A DNA stretch of 248,000 bases from Wallemia ichthyophaga EXF-994 (GCF_000400465.1 NW_008806276.1:20001-268000); one strand, 5' to 3'; counted from the stretch's first letter, positions 91,672-105,767 are shown. Notes: generated from the sequence alone by a model not told the origin. Translations and numbers: made by a program.

Positions 91672-92663
91672 TTAGCTCAATTTCTTCCTAATATTCTCCA
91701 CCACGTTCACAGTTCGCTTCAGAAAAGTACCAGGATAGCAGTCACTGGGGTAGTAATTGTCTGGCTTCTCAGAGATACCATTCACGTCGTGATGCGCATG
91801 CTTGCAGTAGAACTCCCTCGACATCGCAATTGGGATTTGTTCTTCTTTGGATAACATCGGAGGAAACGCCGTCGTCTGTCGGACTGGCTGCTCTGCTTTT
91901 CCACCACAAACATAGCAAATACTGGTTGCACATTTAGACTGAATGCTCTTCGCATTCACACCCATCCCCTCAAACACCGCACTAATACTGATTGGATGAG
92001 ATCTGGGGAAATTTGGAAGATTTTCTTCGTCCTGTTTTCGTAAAGTAAGTAAGAGTCACTAAGGTTAGTCTTACCCACAAGCAATAGGCATAAAGAGATA
92101 TTCGGATACTCTGTATACCTAAACCCGAATGGTCTTAGTTCGTCTAAAACAATCGTACAATCACGACCAAATTTTTCGATGATTGTACGCACTATTTTCC
92201 TCATCATTGCATCCTCTTTCCTGTTTTGCTCATTTTCCAGAGCCAACACCTCCTTTTCCATCAATTCCTCACGTGCACCGTCCGGCAAATAATGTGATCT
92301 GGGACTCCAGAAGGAAGTATTCTTTTCTTTTTCATATAGTGATAGTGCTAAGGAGGTGTCTAGCCACTCGAGTCTATGATCAGGAAGTAAAAGCTTCTTT
92401 TTCTCGCAGTAATCGTGGCGTTCTGTTGCCTCATCAAAGTCTTCCAACGTGAAGAGTAGGGAGTCGTTACCATCAGATGCGTATATTTCCTTATCGTTAG
92501 ATGCTATCATGAGTATATGCCTTGTATTGTCAATTTTGAGTTTCATCACTTCGTCTTTCAAATCATCATTAAGCTTCCTGGCTGACTGTAGGTTGACTGT
92601 ATCTGGGAGAATGTAGATGAATTTGAAATCTGAATTCAAGGCTTTGAATCTGAGGAGCGGCAT
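91672..92663 (-). CDS. Unknown lineage-specific family, copy 2 (apparently intact)
   Basis: 235-aa plus 101-aa ORFs joinable by a roughly 50-nt intron; C-terminal CxxC...CxH motif. Confidence 0.6.
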
Positions 92664-92929
92664 TGGGCTGAAAGATAATGGCTGTCAAGTGATGAGAAAT
92701 ACAAGTGAGACAATCAGGAGTTACACATGACTTTGAATAAACTGATGAGAATCTGGCTCCTTGGGAGAAAACATGTAGCAACAAAGACAGCAGAATCAAC
92801 AAATTCATCACATTAATTATTATATTACTCACACATCAAACATTTTCAGGAGTGTGAAAATTTCAATTCATATTTGTAAGACAAAATGCAAGGAATGAAG
92901 CTTGGTGCGGGATACAAATATTCTTGTTT

Positions 92930-93830
92930 CAGGTGGCTCTTAATTTTATCCATTACATTGACTGCGCGCCTGAAATAGGTACGCGGGAGGGGTCTGACTG
93001 GTTCATCAGAGATGCAGTCGACATCGTAATGGTCTTTCTGGCAGTAGACCTCCTTGGTAAGCCAGAGTGATAATCTCTGTGCTCGATTGATTTTAGGTGA
93101 AAGTATCTTACTGGTTACGCTGGTGTTTTGACCTTCTCAGCATACACGTGGCAGAGACTAGCAGCAGCTAAGGAAATGGTGCAATTTATCTCGACGCCCA
93201 TATCCTGGAACACACCCTTATTGTGATAGGAGGGGTTTTGGATACGTCTCGAAGATCTTCTGTCTGTTTGAGAACGTCAACAGTACATTGTACTAGAGGA
93301 CGCCTGCCACGTTTGATAGGAAGAATATGTTGAGATATTCAGTAGTCCTCCTACGGAATGGTCTCAGCTCATCTAAAATGATCATGCAAGGGCCAAGCTT
93401 GTCAACAATTTCGTCCGCTATTTTCCTTACCTCTACCTTTTTCTTATGGACCTGCTCCCTCTCAAGAATTAAAGCCTCGTCCTTCGTTATTTCGCCGCGC
93501 ACACTACTCACAATTTCGCCTTGCCAACTTGAAGTGCAAGAGCTGAAATTCTCTTGTCTCTTTTCCTGACATTCTTCTATAAACTGATGAGATGGAAAGG
93601 GGAAACAATCTAGCTTGTCGAGTGTGGATTTCGATAATAAGAACTCCTTTTTTCTATAATATTCCGGACGACCAGTAGCTTTGTCAAAGTCCTTCAACGT
93701 AAACAATAACTTTATATTCCCATTAGACGCGTAGATTTCATAATCATTGGATGCTATAGCGACGACGGGCTTTGTGCTGTCTACTTTGAGTCTTGTAACA
93801 TCACGGCGCAGGTTTTTGCGATGCCATCTG
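92930..93830 (-). pseudogene. Unknown lineage-specific family, copy 3 (disrupted)
   Basis: Shared IASND.EIYAS.GN..LLFTL.DFD.AT and ELRPF.R.TEY.NI motifs; premature stop. Confidence 0.55.
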
Positions 93831-94329
93831 GCCGTTGGTGCGTCGCCGGCTCAGGATTGAAATACAACACTGCGTGGGAATTTTGGGGAACATTGGAATA
93901 GAGGTGGAGGTGGTTGACTGATAGGGCCGAATGTGGGGTGTGGGGGAGGCTTAAGAAATTAGTAAAATAATGGAAGTAGATTGAAGATGTTTCAACAGTA
94001 AAATAAATACATTTCAAACACTGTAGCAGCAAAAGGATAGCAAGTCGAGTAAGCAAATTAGAGGAAATCATTTATAATATTCTCAGTAACCACGAAAGTG
94101 CGGTGAAAGTATGTTCCGCTGGTACCACAGAATATTTCCCACTTTCTAAGGACAGCGAGTGAGTGAATGTTGCTGCAGTGGAGGTCATTGTAACATCGAT
94201 TCTCTTCGCTAGCAAAACACAGTGGCACTTGCACTCTATTCCCGCGCATGGGACAGAAACTAGCTGATGCTCTGGTATCACTCGTCTTCACCTCGACACC
94301 CTTCTCCATGAGGGCATCTTTGATAGTAT

Positions 94330-95051
94330 AAGATGGGATCTGGCTTGAGTTAGTGGGGTTGCTTTATTAGCTATTGAAATACCTCTTTTAACACCAACAC
94401 ATCGAGATACCCATCTAAGCGAACACCAAACTCACATTGAACATCAAAAACAACAACACCCCTGCCAAACACACTGTCAATTTCGTCTGCCAACTTCCTA
94501 AACTCCTTTTTCTCCTTGTCCGTCTGTTCAACTTCAAGGAGATTGATAAAAGGCTGTGCGAGGTCGTGTTTGGTTCTTTCATCACAACAAGCCGCCAGGC
94601 TTCATTTTGTGACTGCAGATCAGCGTGCTGATCATTTGCGTGAAAATTGCGCGGGGATTTGCTGTATGAGTCGAGGCATGCGAGCGTGTAGTCGCAGAGT
94701 TGTAGCTTCTTGTTTGATCGGAAGCATTTGCGATCTACTGCCTCATCGAACTCTGTAATAGTGATTCTAGGCGAGATATTGCCGCTTATGGCAAAGAACG
94801 AGACTTTGCACGTGTTAATTATTGCGCATAGGGCAGCGCCGTCCAGCTTTAGATTTAGCTCTTCAATGTGTGCCTTTTTTCATCGGCAAGCTCTGCTGCT
94901 TGGATCTTTTTGCCGGCGTGGGGGTTCCAGATAGAGAAATACTACATTGTGGTTGTGTAGTTCTACAAATGAAGAGATTTTTGCGGACATTGCGTGTGTT
95001 GCTGATCTGTGTGGAAATTCGGGACGATCGTGGGAGAGCGAGTGGCTTCAA
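94330..95051 (-). CDS. Hypothetical protein (uncertain)
   Basis: Long stop-free frame about 94420-94860 with hydrophobic end; start unresolved. Confidence 0.3.
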
Positions 95052-96346
95052 AGTTTGCAGCTGAGTGAGTTTACTGGGATTTTATATTGATGTGAGTTGT
95101 TAAATTGGATTCTTTTTTATCTGCCACAATATCTCATCGTATCGTTGAGTTTTAGCGTGGTCGATGTAGTGTGTGCGGTATTTGTGTTCAGGCTGGCGTT
95201 AGAAAATAGGTAAGAACGTGTCATTTATACTTTGTTATTATTCTTATTTCAAGGGTATTGTGGGTCGACTGAGCCACCGGTGCATCTTATACATCTCTGC
95301 GACACCACCCTAATACGTGCAAGACACTGATAAGTGGCTGGAGATTCAAATCAGCTCCATAATCAACTATTTTAACCACTCACATTTTATTATATGCAGC
95401 AATACCGTGATAATTGCGTGATTCCAGTGATGAGATGGTGTCTTACTGAGTGAGATTCCAGGATCCACTATCAAATAGAGTAACGACATGTTAGATAGCG
95501 CAACCTTTGAAACTACCACGTCCACTACAATTACCACTTCAAAGTACCTTCACAGCTGTGTAGCTGTAGCCGTCGACTACGACCTGACTGCAAGGCACAG
95601 CTAGATGCGAGATAGATGTATCCGATAAGTCTAAAAGGGGTGCAAGATGTATCCTCAACGCATTTATTTATGTTCAGGGCGGAAAATTTAGCGAAGAATT
95701 TCCTCCGAGATACAATGGGCTATTAAAATTGACTTGAAAGAGAATAAGACGGTGATAGAAGCAATTTCAGGCTATTTGGCTGGTTTAGACAGCAAATCCG
95801 ACTGCTTCCGTTTCAGATTTTGACATGAAGACTACAATTTGAGAAAAGGAAGACATGTCAGATCTGTGACAGATATCCCAATTACAGCTAAAGCAGTCCC
95901 CTTAACCTAATCAGTCCCTTTATAATCATCTTCCGCCTCTATTTCAACCTCTCACCACGACCGCATCAGACATCAACGGCACTGGCGTTGTGACAGATTC
96001 CACTCGCAAAGCACAGACCTTCTTTACATGCACCACATCGGTAAGGTCCCGTCTTAACGAGCGCCCAGACACCCGAAATGGAAATGCGAGTACTGTGTCA
96101 GTCGTCAGTTACTTCGGTGTGAAGGTATGGTATGGCATTAAACGTCAGGATTCTGAATAAATGCTCACAACCGATCCATTGATCTAACAATATAATGCAC
96201 ATTTCCTTTTTTGTCTACCGCTAATCTCAAACCTCGGAAGATTTGACAGAACCATGACGGTACTCATATAGTGGAATTGGATGTGCCTAGGACAAGTCAG
96301 ATTTAAACCACCAACTCGATATAATCCTCTTTAAGTTAAATCCACC

Positions 96347-97637
96347 ATGTCTGCAGAATTCGCAAAGTTGATTACTAGAGCTGGAGAAGAAGCATGTGAG
96401 TGATCATGTAAAGGAGTGTGTAGTGATTGACAGTATTTGCAGCTGTAAATTGCGGTAGCAAATACCATGACAATTCATTACAAGGGTGAGTCGTAATCCT
96501 CCTCTCAGCGTACCTCCCTCACAAATCGCAGTCTTCGCATTGGTGCAATCTTCATCGTAATGGCTACGTCAGCCTTAGGCACACTCCTTCCAATCGTAAC
96601 CGGTAGAGTAAAAGGGCTGGGATTGCCCAAGATATTCTACGATACAATTAAGGTGTGTGTGGTTTTCTGTTTTCTTATGATGTCACCGCTCACCAGCCAT
96701 AGTACTTTGGCTCTGGGGTTATTGTTGCGACTGCTTTCATTCACTTGCTCGCTGAAGCCTTTGAGAAACTCACCGATCAGGAGTGTTTGAGTGGTGCTTG
96801 GAATGATTACAATTGGGCACCAGCTCTCGCGGAAGCTGCAGTATTTGTTAGTGGAAAGTAAGCCGTTAAAAGGTCTTTACTAACCTCTAACAGTTTATCT
96901 TCTTTGCTGAATTGTGGGCTTCAAGACTCGGAAACAAGTACCTCGAAAGACGCGGGATGAACTACGACAATCACGGCCATGACAATGTTGGTGGTATAGC
97001 AGGATCTCATGGTGCAGAAACCTACACACACACCTCTGATTCTCACCCACAAGTCCATGACGCTCCAGCTACCACTATGGCTGATCAGAAATCAACTGAG
97101 ACAAACGACGTGGAGAGCGTCCACTCGATGGGCAGTTTCGGATACAACACCATGTCAATGATTACTGGTGTAGCCATTCTCGAGTTCGGTGTTTTGTTCC
97201 ACTCTGCCATCCTTGGTCTTACACTCGCAACCTCGTCATCGGATGAGTTCAGGGTGCTGCTCATCGTCATTGTGTTTCATCAAATGTTTGAAGGATTAGG
97301 ATTGGGCGCTAGACTTGCGGAGCTGCCTGTGAGGCAGACTTGGATTCCGTACACTGGAGCCACCTGCTATTTCCTCATCACGCCTATCTTTGTCGCTATT
97401 GGTTTGGGTGTTAGAGAGACGTACAATTCTGGATCTACTGCGGCTCTCATCACCACTGGTCTCCTGAACTCTATTTCTGCTGGTATTTTGCTCTACACCG
97501 GTCTGGTAGAATTGCTGGCGCACGACTTTATCTTTAGCTCGCATATGAAGAAGGCGTCCGACATGTATGTCCTGTATGCTGGCTTCTGCGTACTCCTCGG
97601 AGCTGGCCTGATGAGTTTGCTCGGTAACTGGGCGTAG
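96347..97637 (+). CDS. ZIP family zinc/iron transporter
   Basis: ILEFGVLFHS, FHQMFEGLGLG, AGILLYTGLVELLAHDF. Confidence 0.92.
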
Positions 97638-98022
97638 ATACGTTCCTGATACCAACGCCCTCACCCCTTATAGAATTGGAATGGTTATGATAGCCTACTT
97701 TACACTTTTTACACTTTTTAGGATTTACGCGACTTTCTCTAGTCTATCTTGTACACTTAGTTAATACATGGATCAATTGTGCAAATTTTCATGTCAACCT
97801 GGTTTAAAGTGTTCAGTCAGAGTTTACCAAGTAACGTAACGTAAGATGATATTTAACACTGCTCTTACTCTACTCAGCGGTATACGTGTTATACCACCCT
97901 CACACAGGGCACAATCATCGACACGGACACAACAGGCAACGCACGGAATGATTGAAAACATAATCAATTGCTTGGGTTGGCGTACAAGAAGAGTACGAAA
98001 GGCGTAAGAAAGATGCACATAA

Positions 98023-98543
98023 TTAACCGCCCTTCTTCTTGGAGACACCGACAGTCTTTCCTCTACGACCGGTGGTCTTGGTGTGCTGACCGCGAACACG
98101 GATACCCCAGAAGTGTCTGAGACCTCTGTGGGCACGGATCTTCTTGAGACGCTCAAGGTCATCACGCAACTTGGAGTCGACTTGGTTAGAAACGACTTGG
98201 TGGTTCTTACCGTCGCTGACGTCCTTGCGACGGTTAAGAAGCCAAGCAGGGATCTTGAAAGCGGTTGGGTTCTGCAAGATGCTGACGATTCTCTCAAGCT
98301 CATCAGAGTTGAGCTCACCGGCGCGCTTGAAGAGGTCGACATCAGCCTTCTTGATGACGACGTTGGCGTAGCGTGGACCAACACCCTTGATTTCGGTCAT
98401 TGCGTACTGGATCTTTCTCTTACCGTCAACGTTTGTGTTGAGGAGACGCAAGATATGCTGGAACTGCATATGCGGCTCTGGGGCTACGAGGCTGGCCTGT
98501 AAATTCTTAGCAAAGCCTTTTAATATTTGAGATTTCTTACCAT
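98023..98543 (-). CDS. RPS18: 40S ribosomal protein uS13
   Basis: [28 protein letters not shown]; ATG-only first exon. Confidence 0.96.
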
Positions 98544-99342
98544 TTTTGATCTTGTACGTTGACTCGAAGGATTATTTTTTGAAATCTTCTTCCTTCAGGC
98601 GAGCGAGGCTGGCTTAAATTTTTTAATTCGACCAAGCTTCTTGGAGAAGAACGATGAGGATGGCGGTGAGTGGTAGGTCTGTGCTTGGTGTTTGCTTGGT
98701 GTTTGCTTGATTTCTTGTAGTCACCCAGCAGCATCAGTAGCAGCGCGATAACTACCACCACCTCCACCACCTCCAAACATTATGTAAGTCCCCGCTCACT
98801 CCACACACGCCATCCACATGATCGAAAAGCCCACGGTTATTAGGGCTCTCTACTGGCACCTCTTATTTTAAGGTGGACACACGCACCGTCTTCCCGTAAG
98901 CTCAGCCGGCAGCTGTGTTCATCTGATGATTTGAATTTCATAACTGAATCTCGATGGCTGTGTGCAATGTTGTTTGTTGCATTTTAGCTGACGTTGTTAC
99001 AGGTCTTTGTGAATATTTTCACTTTTATAACTTTGTTTACTTTATATATACAGTTTCATACGCCTATTTTTAATATTTTTGCCTACGCTCACATTTACTC
99101 TCCCAAGCAGCCCCCATCACCCAAAACATTCGGTAAAAAGCATTTATTAGCGAATAAGCGAATCGGCGTAGTGATAAAAGAAAAAAAGAAAAAACTCCAG
99201 AAATTGAGAGGAAGAGGTACTTGAAAGGTAAAGTGGGTATAGAAATTCCTTAAATAATGCATCTTGTGCGAGTGAGAATTTTCCTTCTAAAGAGTGTGTG
99301 TGTGTAGAGAGAGATAGAGAGTAGAGATTGACAGTATAGAAA

Positions 99343-100456
99343 TTACTTGTTGGCCTTTCTCAAACTAAACGACCTTACGAGTTCGTCTAATGGGGAGGCG
99401 ACAGAGTGTCTATTAGTATTATTAGATTGTCCATTATTAGGTGGTGGTGGTGGTGCGAGTATATCGTGGCTACTCCTCGATTGCTGTTCCCATGCCCCGA
99501 ATGAGTGTTCCGAATGTGGGCGGAACATGGATCTATCGCTGTTGGACCGAGCGAGGAGAGAGTCGCGTCGGGAGTGAGAGTGGGAAGAGGGTGTAAAAGA
99601 GCGTCTGCTTGAGGCTGCTGCGATGGCGCCTGCACCTGCTGCACCTGCTGCTCCTGCGCCTACGCCGAGCATGTTAGAGTTGTTTGTGGTGTTACCTGCA
99701 GCAGCACCATCTGTAGCTGCACCATTTGTAGCATCACCATCTGTAGCTACACCACCACCACCAGCACTCCCACCACTCGCCAACGCCGCCTCTTGGGCTT
99801 GTTTACCACTCAAGGCACGCTGCTTGTTGCGCTTGCGAGTGAGGAGGAAGAGTAGGAGGCCGAGGAGTGCGAGTGCGCCGACGATAGAACCGACAATAGG
99901 ACCAGCAATCCACGCTCTGTCGTTGCTGCTGTCCGAGTCGCTGAGAGTCGCGGATGGAGAGGCTGTACGAGAGGTTAAGGGGTGTTTCGTGGGACAGTGC
100001 GCTGAGCTTACCGGAGAAGAGGGAAGAGGAAGAGGAGAGGGAGGAGAGGGATGACTGTAATGACTGTGATGATTGTAGAGAATGCGTAGACTGCGATGAC
100101 TGCGATGACTGCGACGAATCCAATGACTGTGAGCTGATAGAACTCTGTGTGCTCTGAGAACTAACGCTGCTAACGCTGCTAACACTGCTAACACTACTAG
100201 CGCTACTAGCACTGCTAACACCGCTCTGTATCGATAAGCTGCTGACGCCCCCACCAATCATCGTAGTTCTACCGTCCGTCGCTGCATCTGGAGAAGCGAA
100301 AGTAGGTGCTGGGCTCTGAGTACTTAAGATGATTGTTCCGGTGCCGTCGCCGCCAGCACCATCGTCACCACCATCAAACCACAAATCCCTCTTATTCGTA
100401 CGCATCAAACGCCTCGGGTTCCTCGTCAGTGAGGGTATAGAATGTGCATCTGACAT
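99343..100456 (-). CDS. Ser-rich single-pass membrane protein (Mid2/Wsc-like architecture)
   Basis: S-rich ectodomain, TM WIAGPIVGSIVGALALLGLLLFLL, RKR stop-transfer. Confidence 0.6.
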
Positions 100457-100871
100457 GGTAATTGATAGCCGTGTCTAATTATTATTTGTTATTAAAATGA
100501 GCGTGATTTGCTGTTTTCTATTTATCTTCCTCTTGGTTCTGAATCAGATGCACCTAGCAGTCGTCGATTCGCTAAAAATTATTTTGTAAATTATTTTCTA
100601 TTTTATACAGCGCGCATTATCAACACTCATTACTCAGCTCACTACACTACACTCCCTCCCTTAACCCACCTCATTCCCCCTTCCACCATCGTCACACTCC
100701 CCGGCCTAAGCGCGTGCAGTGCCAACCTAGCTCCCACCTCTCCCACTGCCACCAAACACGCGATAACAATCAGCCATATGATTATTATCGTTATCCTGCT
100801 CATTCCCTGCTCATTGACGTGTTCGTGAATGACTGTTTGCTTAATTAGTTTCTGCGATATTCCCCTAATGC

Positions 100872-102496
100872 TTACTTACTGTCTAACAAATCTCCCGCAA
100901 CCGCTAACCGCTCATTCAGTGTCTGTACCCGCGCTCCTATTTCGAAATAATCCCTCCCCGCATCGTATAGCGCTTTGAGTCCAGCTTCTGACCAGAATAG
101001 CTCAGGTACATCGAGCACATTACTCACCAGATTAACATCCACACGCAATTTGAATAGCTTTCCTGTCAGTCGTATAGCCTGTCGACGATCGAGTGCTAAT
101101 GTCCCTGTCGCTGCCAGTTCCTTAGGTATAGTCGATGCACTATCTAGTACTCCCAGCGTCAATTCTTCAAACGCAGACAATTTCGTCGACTGCGCTAGAG
101201 CATGTGCCAATGACAGCTTCAAATAGTGCGAATTAGTCTTGAGAGTGAAGAAATCGTTCAATATCCTCGACGATGGTATGTTACTGTCTTGACCATAGTG
101301 ACATTGCTCCATCTCCCGACTATCTGGGTGCAGAGGTCGGACTACTACACCGGCATTCACCATGTCTTGCAATATATCCCGCTCTTGACTTTCTGTCATG
101401 TTGTAAAATACTGAAACTCCCTATCGCCCAGTTGTTAGCGTTGTTAGCTAACAGACTCACACTCCCAACTTACATAGTCAAAATGTATCACCTCCGCTAC
101501 CGTATCATTCACACTTTCCAGCTGCGTCTTCCATTTCCGTTTCGGTTTCGCTTTCTCTTTCTGAGTCTTTGTCTGTGTCTGCCTTCTCGACTCAGTGCTC
101601 TGCACATCGGCATCGTCGCGAGGTTCGTCCGTGTTGCTTTCTGGAATAGCTGCAACACTCGCACTACCATTCCCGCTCTCGTCCACACTGCCAGCAACGC
101701 CACCACCCTCGCGAATAAATCCATCGTCGTCAATCCTAGGGGGACTATTAGCGACGTCGTCGAAGGGGCGCTGGTGGCTATGATCCATCTCTGCTAGCTG
101801 GGGTAGCTCGTCTGCTTCCTCGTACATATCGATAATGCTGCCCCCGCCTGGGCTACGGGAGGGGTTGCTTGAACGAATACACGAAGCTGCGCTGTATCCT
101901 GGAAGCAAGGGACGATGGTAGACTGTGTAGATAGCCTCATCGTACTGCCTCGCCCATGCATTGTGCTCCCGCTTGCTGTATGCCGCTAGACTGCGCATCT
102001 TGTACCGCTCCCCCACGGCGTATGCGGTGAGACGATTGTGCGACGCTCGCTCTCGCTCCTCCTTCCCCATTCGCTCAGCCAGCCTGAACCGCGCCGACGT
102101 TCGCTCTTCTTCTTCTTCTTGTTGCTGTTCGTGCGCTGTGGGTGGGCGGTGCATGTGGCTGCCGGATGTACTCTCTCCCCTCTCACTCTCGTACGGCAAC
102201 GCTCGCGTCTGTATCTCCCCCGGCAGGAATACGTGTTTTTGGGATAGCTTCGACGTACGCACTGGGAGTGACTGCTTCGGAGGTCCTCGTGGAGGTGTGC
102301 CGCGCCCGATGAATCCATCTGATTGGTATTGGGAGTGGTGTGGTTGGTTTGTTAGAGATGCTGATGCTGATAATGCTGATTGCGGCTTGCGTAGATCGTA
102401 CGCTGTCCTCGCTATGCCTGGCAGCGGAACCTTAGCACGCCGCGCGTGTGTGTGCGCTGTGTGCGCTGTTTGCGTTGATTCGTTCGAGCTGCTCAT
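100872..102496 (-). CDS. DUF155 / Rmd1-RMND1 family protein
   Basis: RLTAYAVGERY, KLSLAHALAQSTKL, LDVPELFW. Confidence 0.82.
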
Positions 102497-102559
102497 GGAG
102501 GTAAAGGTACAAGAGAGATAGTGTATTTTACCATGAATTATAATCCATGCATTGTACAA

Positions 102560-103183
102560 TCAAAGATCCTTCTCGGCGCTGCTCCTGTACTCACTTCTAT
102601 CGCTATCGCTGACGTATTCGAAATCCTCACTGGATCTGGGGAAGTTTGTCAAGTCAGTATCGATAGCTGGAGTTGATTGAGTTGCACTAGTAGATTGAGG
102701 TATACCATTTGTACCACTGGCGCCTCTCAGCTGATCCCAGCGTGAGCTACCCGCGTTACTACCAATACCATGGCTACTACTGCCACCACTGTCACCACGA
102801 ACCGTCTCCACACTCCCGCCGCCAGCCATCCTCTGCGCCCGCTTTACATCGCTCTCCCTGCTGATTCTCGCCAGCGTCTGGAGAACGACGCGTGGATCTC
102901 TGCCTTCTTGATTGAAATGACTGGCGAAACTCATCGCACCGACGTACTGGCCGAGGAAAGTGCCACTCACTCCACCCGCAAATGCCGGTAACGCCCATCT
103001 GCGCTGGTACCGCCTAGCCAGGTAGAAGAGCGAGCCCGCACCAGCCACAGCGCCGAATCCAACGTATCTGAGAGTTGTCTGGAGTGAGTTGTTGAGCATA
103101 TCCAGACTGTGTGTTGTGTGAGGTGTGAGATTTGTGCAAGCGTCGAGCATTCGCTGGCTGCTCGGCTGCTCCCACCCACTCAT
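102560..103183 (-). CDS. Hypothetical two-TM protein
   Basis: 207-aa ORF with two Gly-rich hydrophobic segments. Confidence 0.55.
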   Translation of the reverse strand: MSGWEQPSSQRMLDACTNLTPHTTHSLDMLNNSLQTTLRYVGFGAVAGAGSLFYLARRYQRRWALPAFAGGVSGTFLGQYVGAMSFASHFNQEGRDPRVVLQTLARISRESDVKRAQRMAGGGSVETVRGDSGGSSSHGIGSNAGSSRWDQLRGASGTNGIPQSTSATQSTPAIDTDLTNFPRSSEDFEYVSDSDRSEYRSSAEKDL

Positions 103184-103256
103184 TCGCCTTGAGCTCCCCT
103201 TTGCTTATGTACTCCTCTACTAGCTCCCTATCTAGCCTTGTTCTCCGTTAGCTTGG

Positions 103257-103750
103257 CTAATTTCCTTTCTCGTCCACCCACTGTATCACTTTCGGCATTT
103301 TTATCTTGAATGACGTCGCGAACAAAGCAGGAAACTGTCGAATCGTCGACCAACTTGTTAAAATTTGGGATAAAATTAAGTCGATTGGGGCTGGATCCTT
103401 AGCTTTTGCCTGTAGATTCTTGCTCATTATACCCACTCTCCATTGTCTGCTCGACCATTTTGAACATTGAAACACCGAATTAGCTTGAAAGACACAGTAC
103501 AATTTGTATAATTTAGCAGCACCATTATAATCATAGATTCTCAAGCAATCCAACTCTACCTTTATGTCAGCCATCCACCCAATTTCCAGACTTCAACTTG
103601 CACTTAGCAGTTATCAGGATTCTTGCCTTTTATCATCTTCAAATAAAAAGGCTTGATAAATTGCCCTGATCCGTATTTTTAAGACTATACTAAAATTAGT
103701 CCTCTTCGGTAGCAATTTCGCCCTGTATTCTCCTTTGCCGTTTATATCCG
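103257..103750 (-). CDS. Hypothetical small protein (uncertain exon structure)
   Basis: Adjacent short ORFs with splice-like signals. Confidence 0.3.
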
Positions 103751-103867
103751 GCATCACTATAGAGCACCCACGTGAGCAGATAACCAAGAGAGAGAGATAC
103801 ACGCTCTCATTTAATGTATCATATACATTTCAACATACATGCCATTCCATATTTCTAATTCTAATTT

Positions 103868-104659
103868 CTAATCCAGTGCAAGATGTTCAAAAGCCTTGCC
103901 GAGTTTGTGTTGCAAGTCTAAAGCCGGTGTATTTTTCGCCTTCTCTTCCTGCTCCTCTTTAACTTGCTCGCCCTCCTCATCGCCTTCCAACATGAAAACG
104001 TCTGCACCAGCATCAACGAGTGCGTCTCTGAGGGTGTGCGGCATGACCTCATACTCATCAGGATAAGCGTTGAGGGTAGCGATAGGATCCAACAGCACCA
104101 CTGCGAGTTTTTTGTGTGGGTATTTCTCGCTGAAATGGCTGCATACTCTACTGGCAAAATTTTCAACAGCAACTGCATCCAAATCCTCCTGCTCATCGCA
104201 CAGCTTCTGCAAGTCTTCCTTCTCCTCGAGCTCCATAGCGAGTATATCGCTCACCTCGATCAGTTTCTCGTTGTATCTCACGAATGTCTTCTCGTCTTGG
104301 CTGTCTCTGTCTGCGTACATATCGATCAGCTCGTCGTGCGCTTTGCGAGCGGTACCACTGAGATGTGAGCGGAATTGTTGAGTGAATTGCTCAAAATGCA
104401 CTGCGTTCCTAAGGTCGGTGAGGGTGAACACTAGCTTGTCATGAACAGCTTCTCCAGTCACACCTACGTCTACCACCAACATCTTCTCTTCTTCGTCAAT
104501 ATGCGCTAGTAGAAACACATGCGTTGCCACCTCTTCTTCACTAAGCGACGAAAGCGGCTTGATCGAGTCACCCAAGTTGAGATCACTGAGGTTGCTGATA
104601 TCGCTCAGGTCGCTCAATTCCGAGGTACTTGAGGTGTTTTCGACGTCTTGTTTTGTCAT
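103868..104659 (-). CDS. Hypothetical acidic protein
   Basis: About 263-aa intronless ORF, D/E-rich. Confidence 0.65.
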   Translation of the reverse strand: MTKQDVENTSSTSELSDLSDISNLSDLNLGDSIKPLSSLSEEEVATHVFLLAHIDEEEKMLVVDVGVTGEAVHDKLVFTLTDLRNAVHFEQFTQQFRSHLSGTARKAHDELIDMYADRDSQDEKTFVRYNEKLIEVSDILAMELEEKEDLQKLCDEQEDLDAVAVENFASRVCSHFSEKYPHKKLAVVLLDPIATLNAYPDEYEVMPHTLRDALVDAGADVFMLEGDEEGEQVKEEQEEKAKNTPALDLQHKLGKAFEHLALD

Positions 104660-105500
104660 TGCGTGGTACAGCGAGAGAAGGCGAGAAGAGTGATTCGCGC
104701 ACAGATAAGGGACAGATGAACAGATGAGCTGATGCACAGACGCGCAGTTGCACAGCTAAAGAATACGCCTAACGCACACTGCATAAGTAGAGCGTGCCGT
104801 ACGTGCCGTGTGTCAAAGTAAATTGGAGTTACAATTATAGTAACATATTACATGTACATTCAAGTATGCATTACATTTCACACTACACGCACCCAGTAGA
104901 AAACGCAAGGCAACACCCATCATCACACCCGCCGCTCCGAACGAAATAAGCAACGAATGGCTCTGGATCGCTGAGCTGCTTCGTCTACCTAATCCTACGC
105001 TCAGCCGCTTCCTTCTTCTCCCTATCCCCCTCTACTGTATTACGCGCTTTTTCCTGCTTGGTTTCTCTTACCTGCCTCTTGAAGTTGTTGAGGATATCGT
105101 TGGGTGTCTATGGAGATTGGTGTGTGGGGAGTATCTTCAGTGCCATAGTTGAGAATTTTGTCGTCTACCACTTCTATCCTATCGCGACAGTCAATCATCG
105201 CCTAGAAATCGCCAGCTCGCTGCCAACTTACTTCAGTGGATGATGGTCTAGAAAGTAGCAAGGTCATTGGAATGTGTGTGGTGTGCAGAAGAGCGTATTT
105301 CAGGGATCTATCTCCACTATCTGCGTAAAGTGGGCGTTTATACCACTTCTAGCTGAATATTTTCACTTAAAGCTCATAAAACACGCTACGCATCACCGAA
105401 GCACCAACCATACACTCCCTGCAACGCACGCACTCTACCTACAAACCATTCACTCACAATCACCTCTCGATCCTCCTTCAAATAGTCACACATCACGCCC

Positions 105501-105767
105501 ATGTCCATGCCAGCGAAAGAGGAAATAAACGCGCCAACGCCAGGAGACATAAACCAAGTGCGAGAATGGCTGACAGAGCACAATTACACCACAGATCCAA
105601 TGCAAGCGGTGCAGGAATTGAAGGAGCTAGTAAACGCACACGCCAGGCAGACGAGTGAGGGACTGGAAGTGGAGGAAGGGTATTCGGAGGCTTTCACCAA
105701 GCTCAGCGCGCTCATCAATAGCTTCAGATTCGCTTTAGCGGAGGAACAGCGCAGACAAGAGCAGTAA
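105501..105767 (+). CDS. Small hypothetical protein
   Basis: 88-aa ATG ORF, helical composition. Confidence 0.45.
   Translation: MSMPAKEEINAPTPGDINQVREWLTEHNYTTDPMQAVQELKELVNAHARQTSEGLEVEEGYSEAFTKLSALINSFRFALAEEQRRQEQ

Noticed and set aside
95100-96340. Zap1-type zinc-responsive elements upstream of the ZIP transporter
   Set aside because: No convincing ACCTTNAAGGT-like match found by eye.
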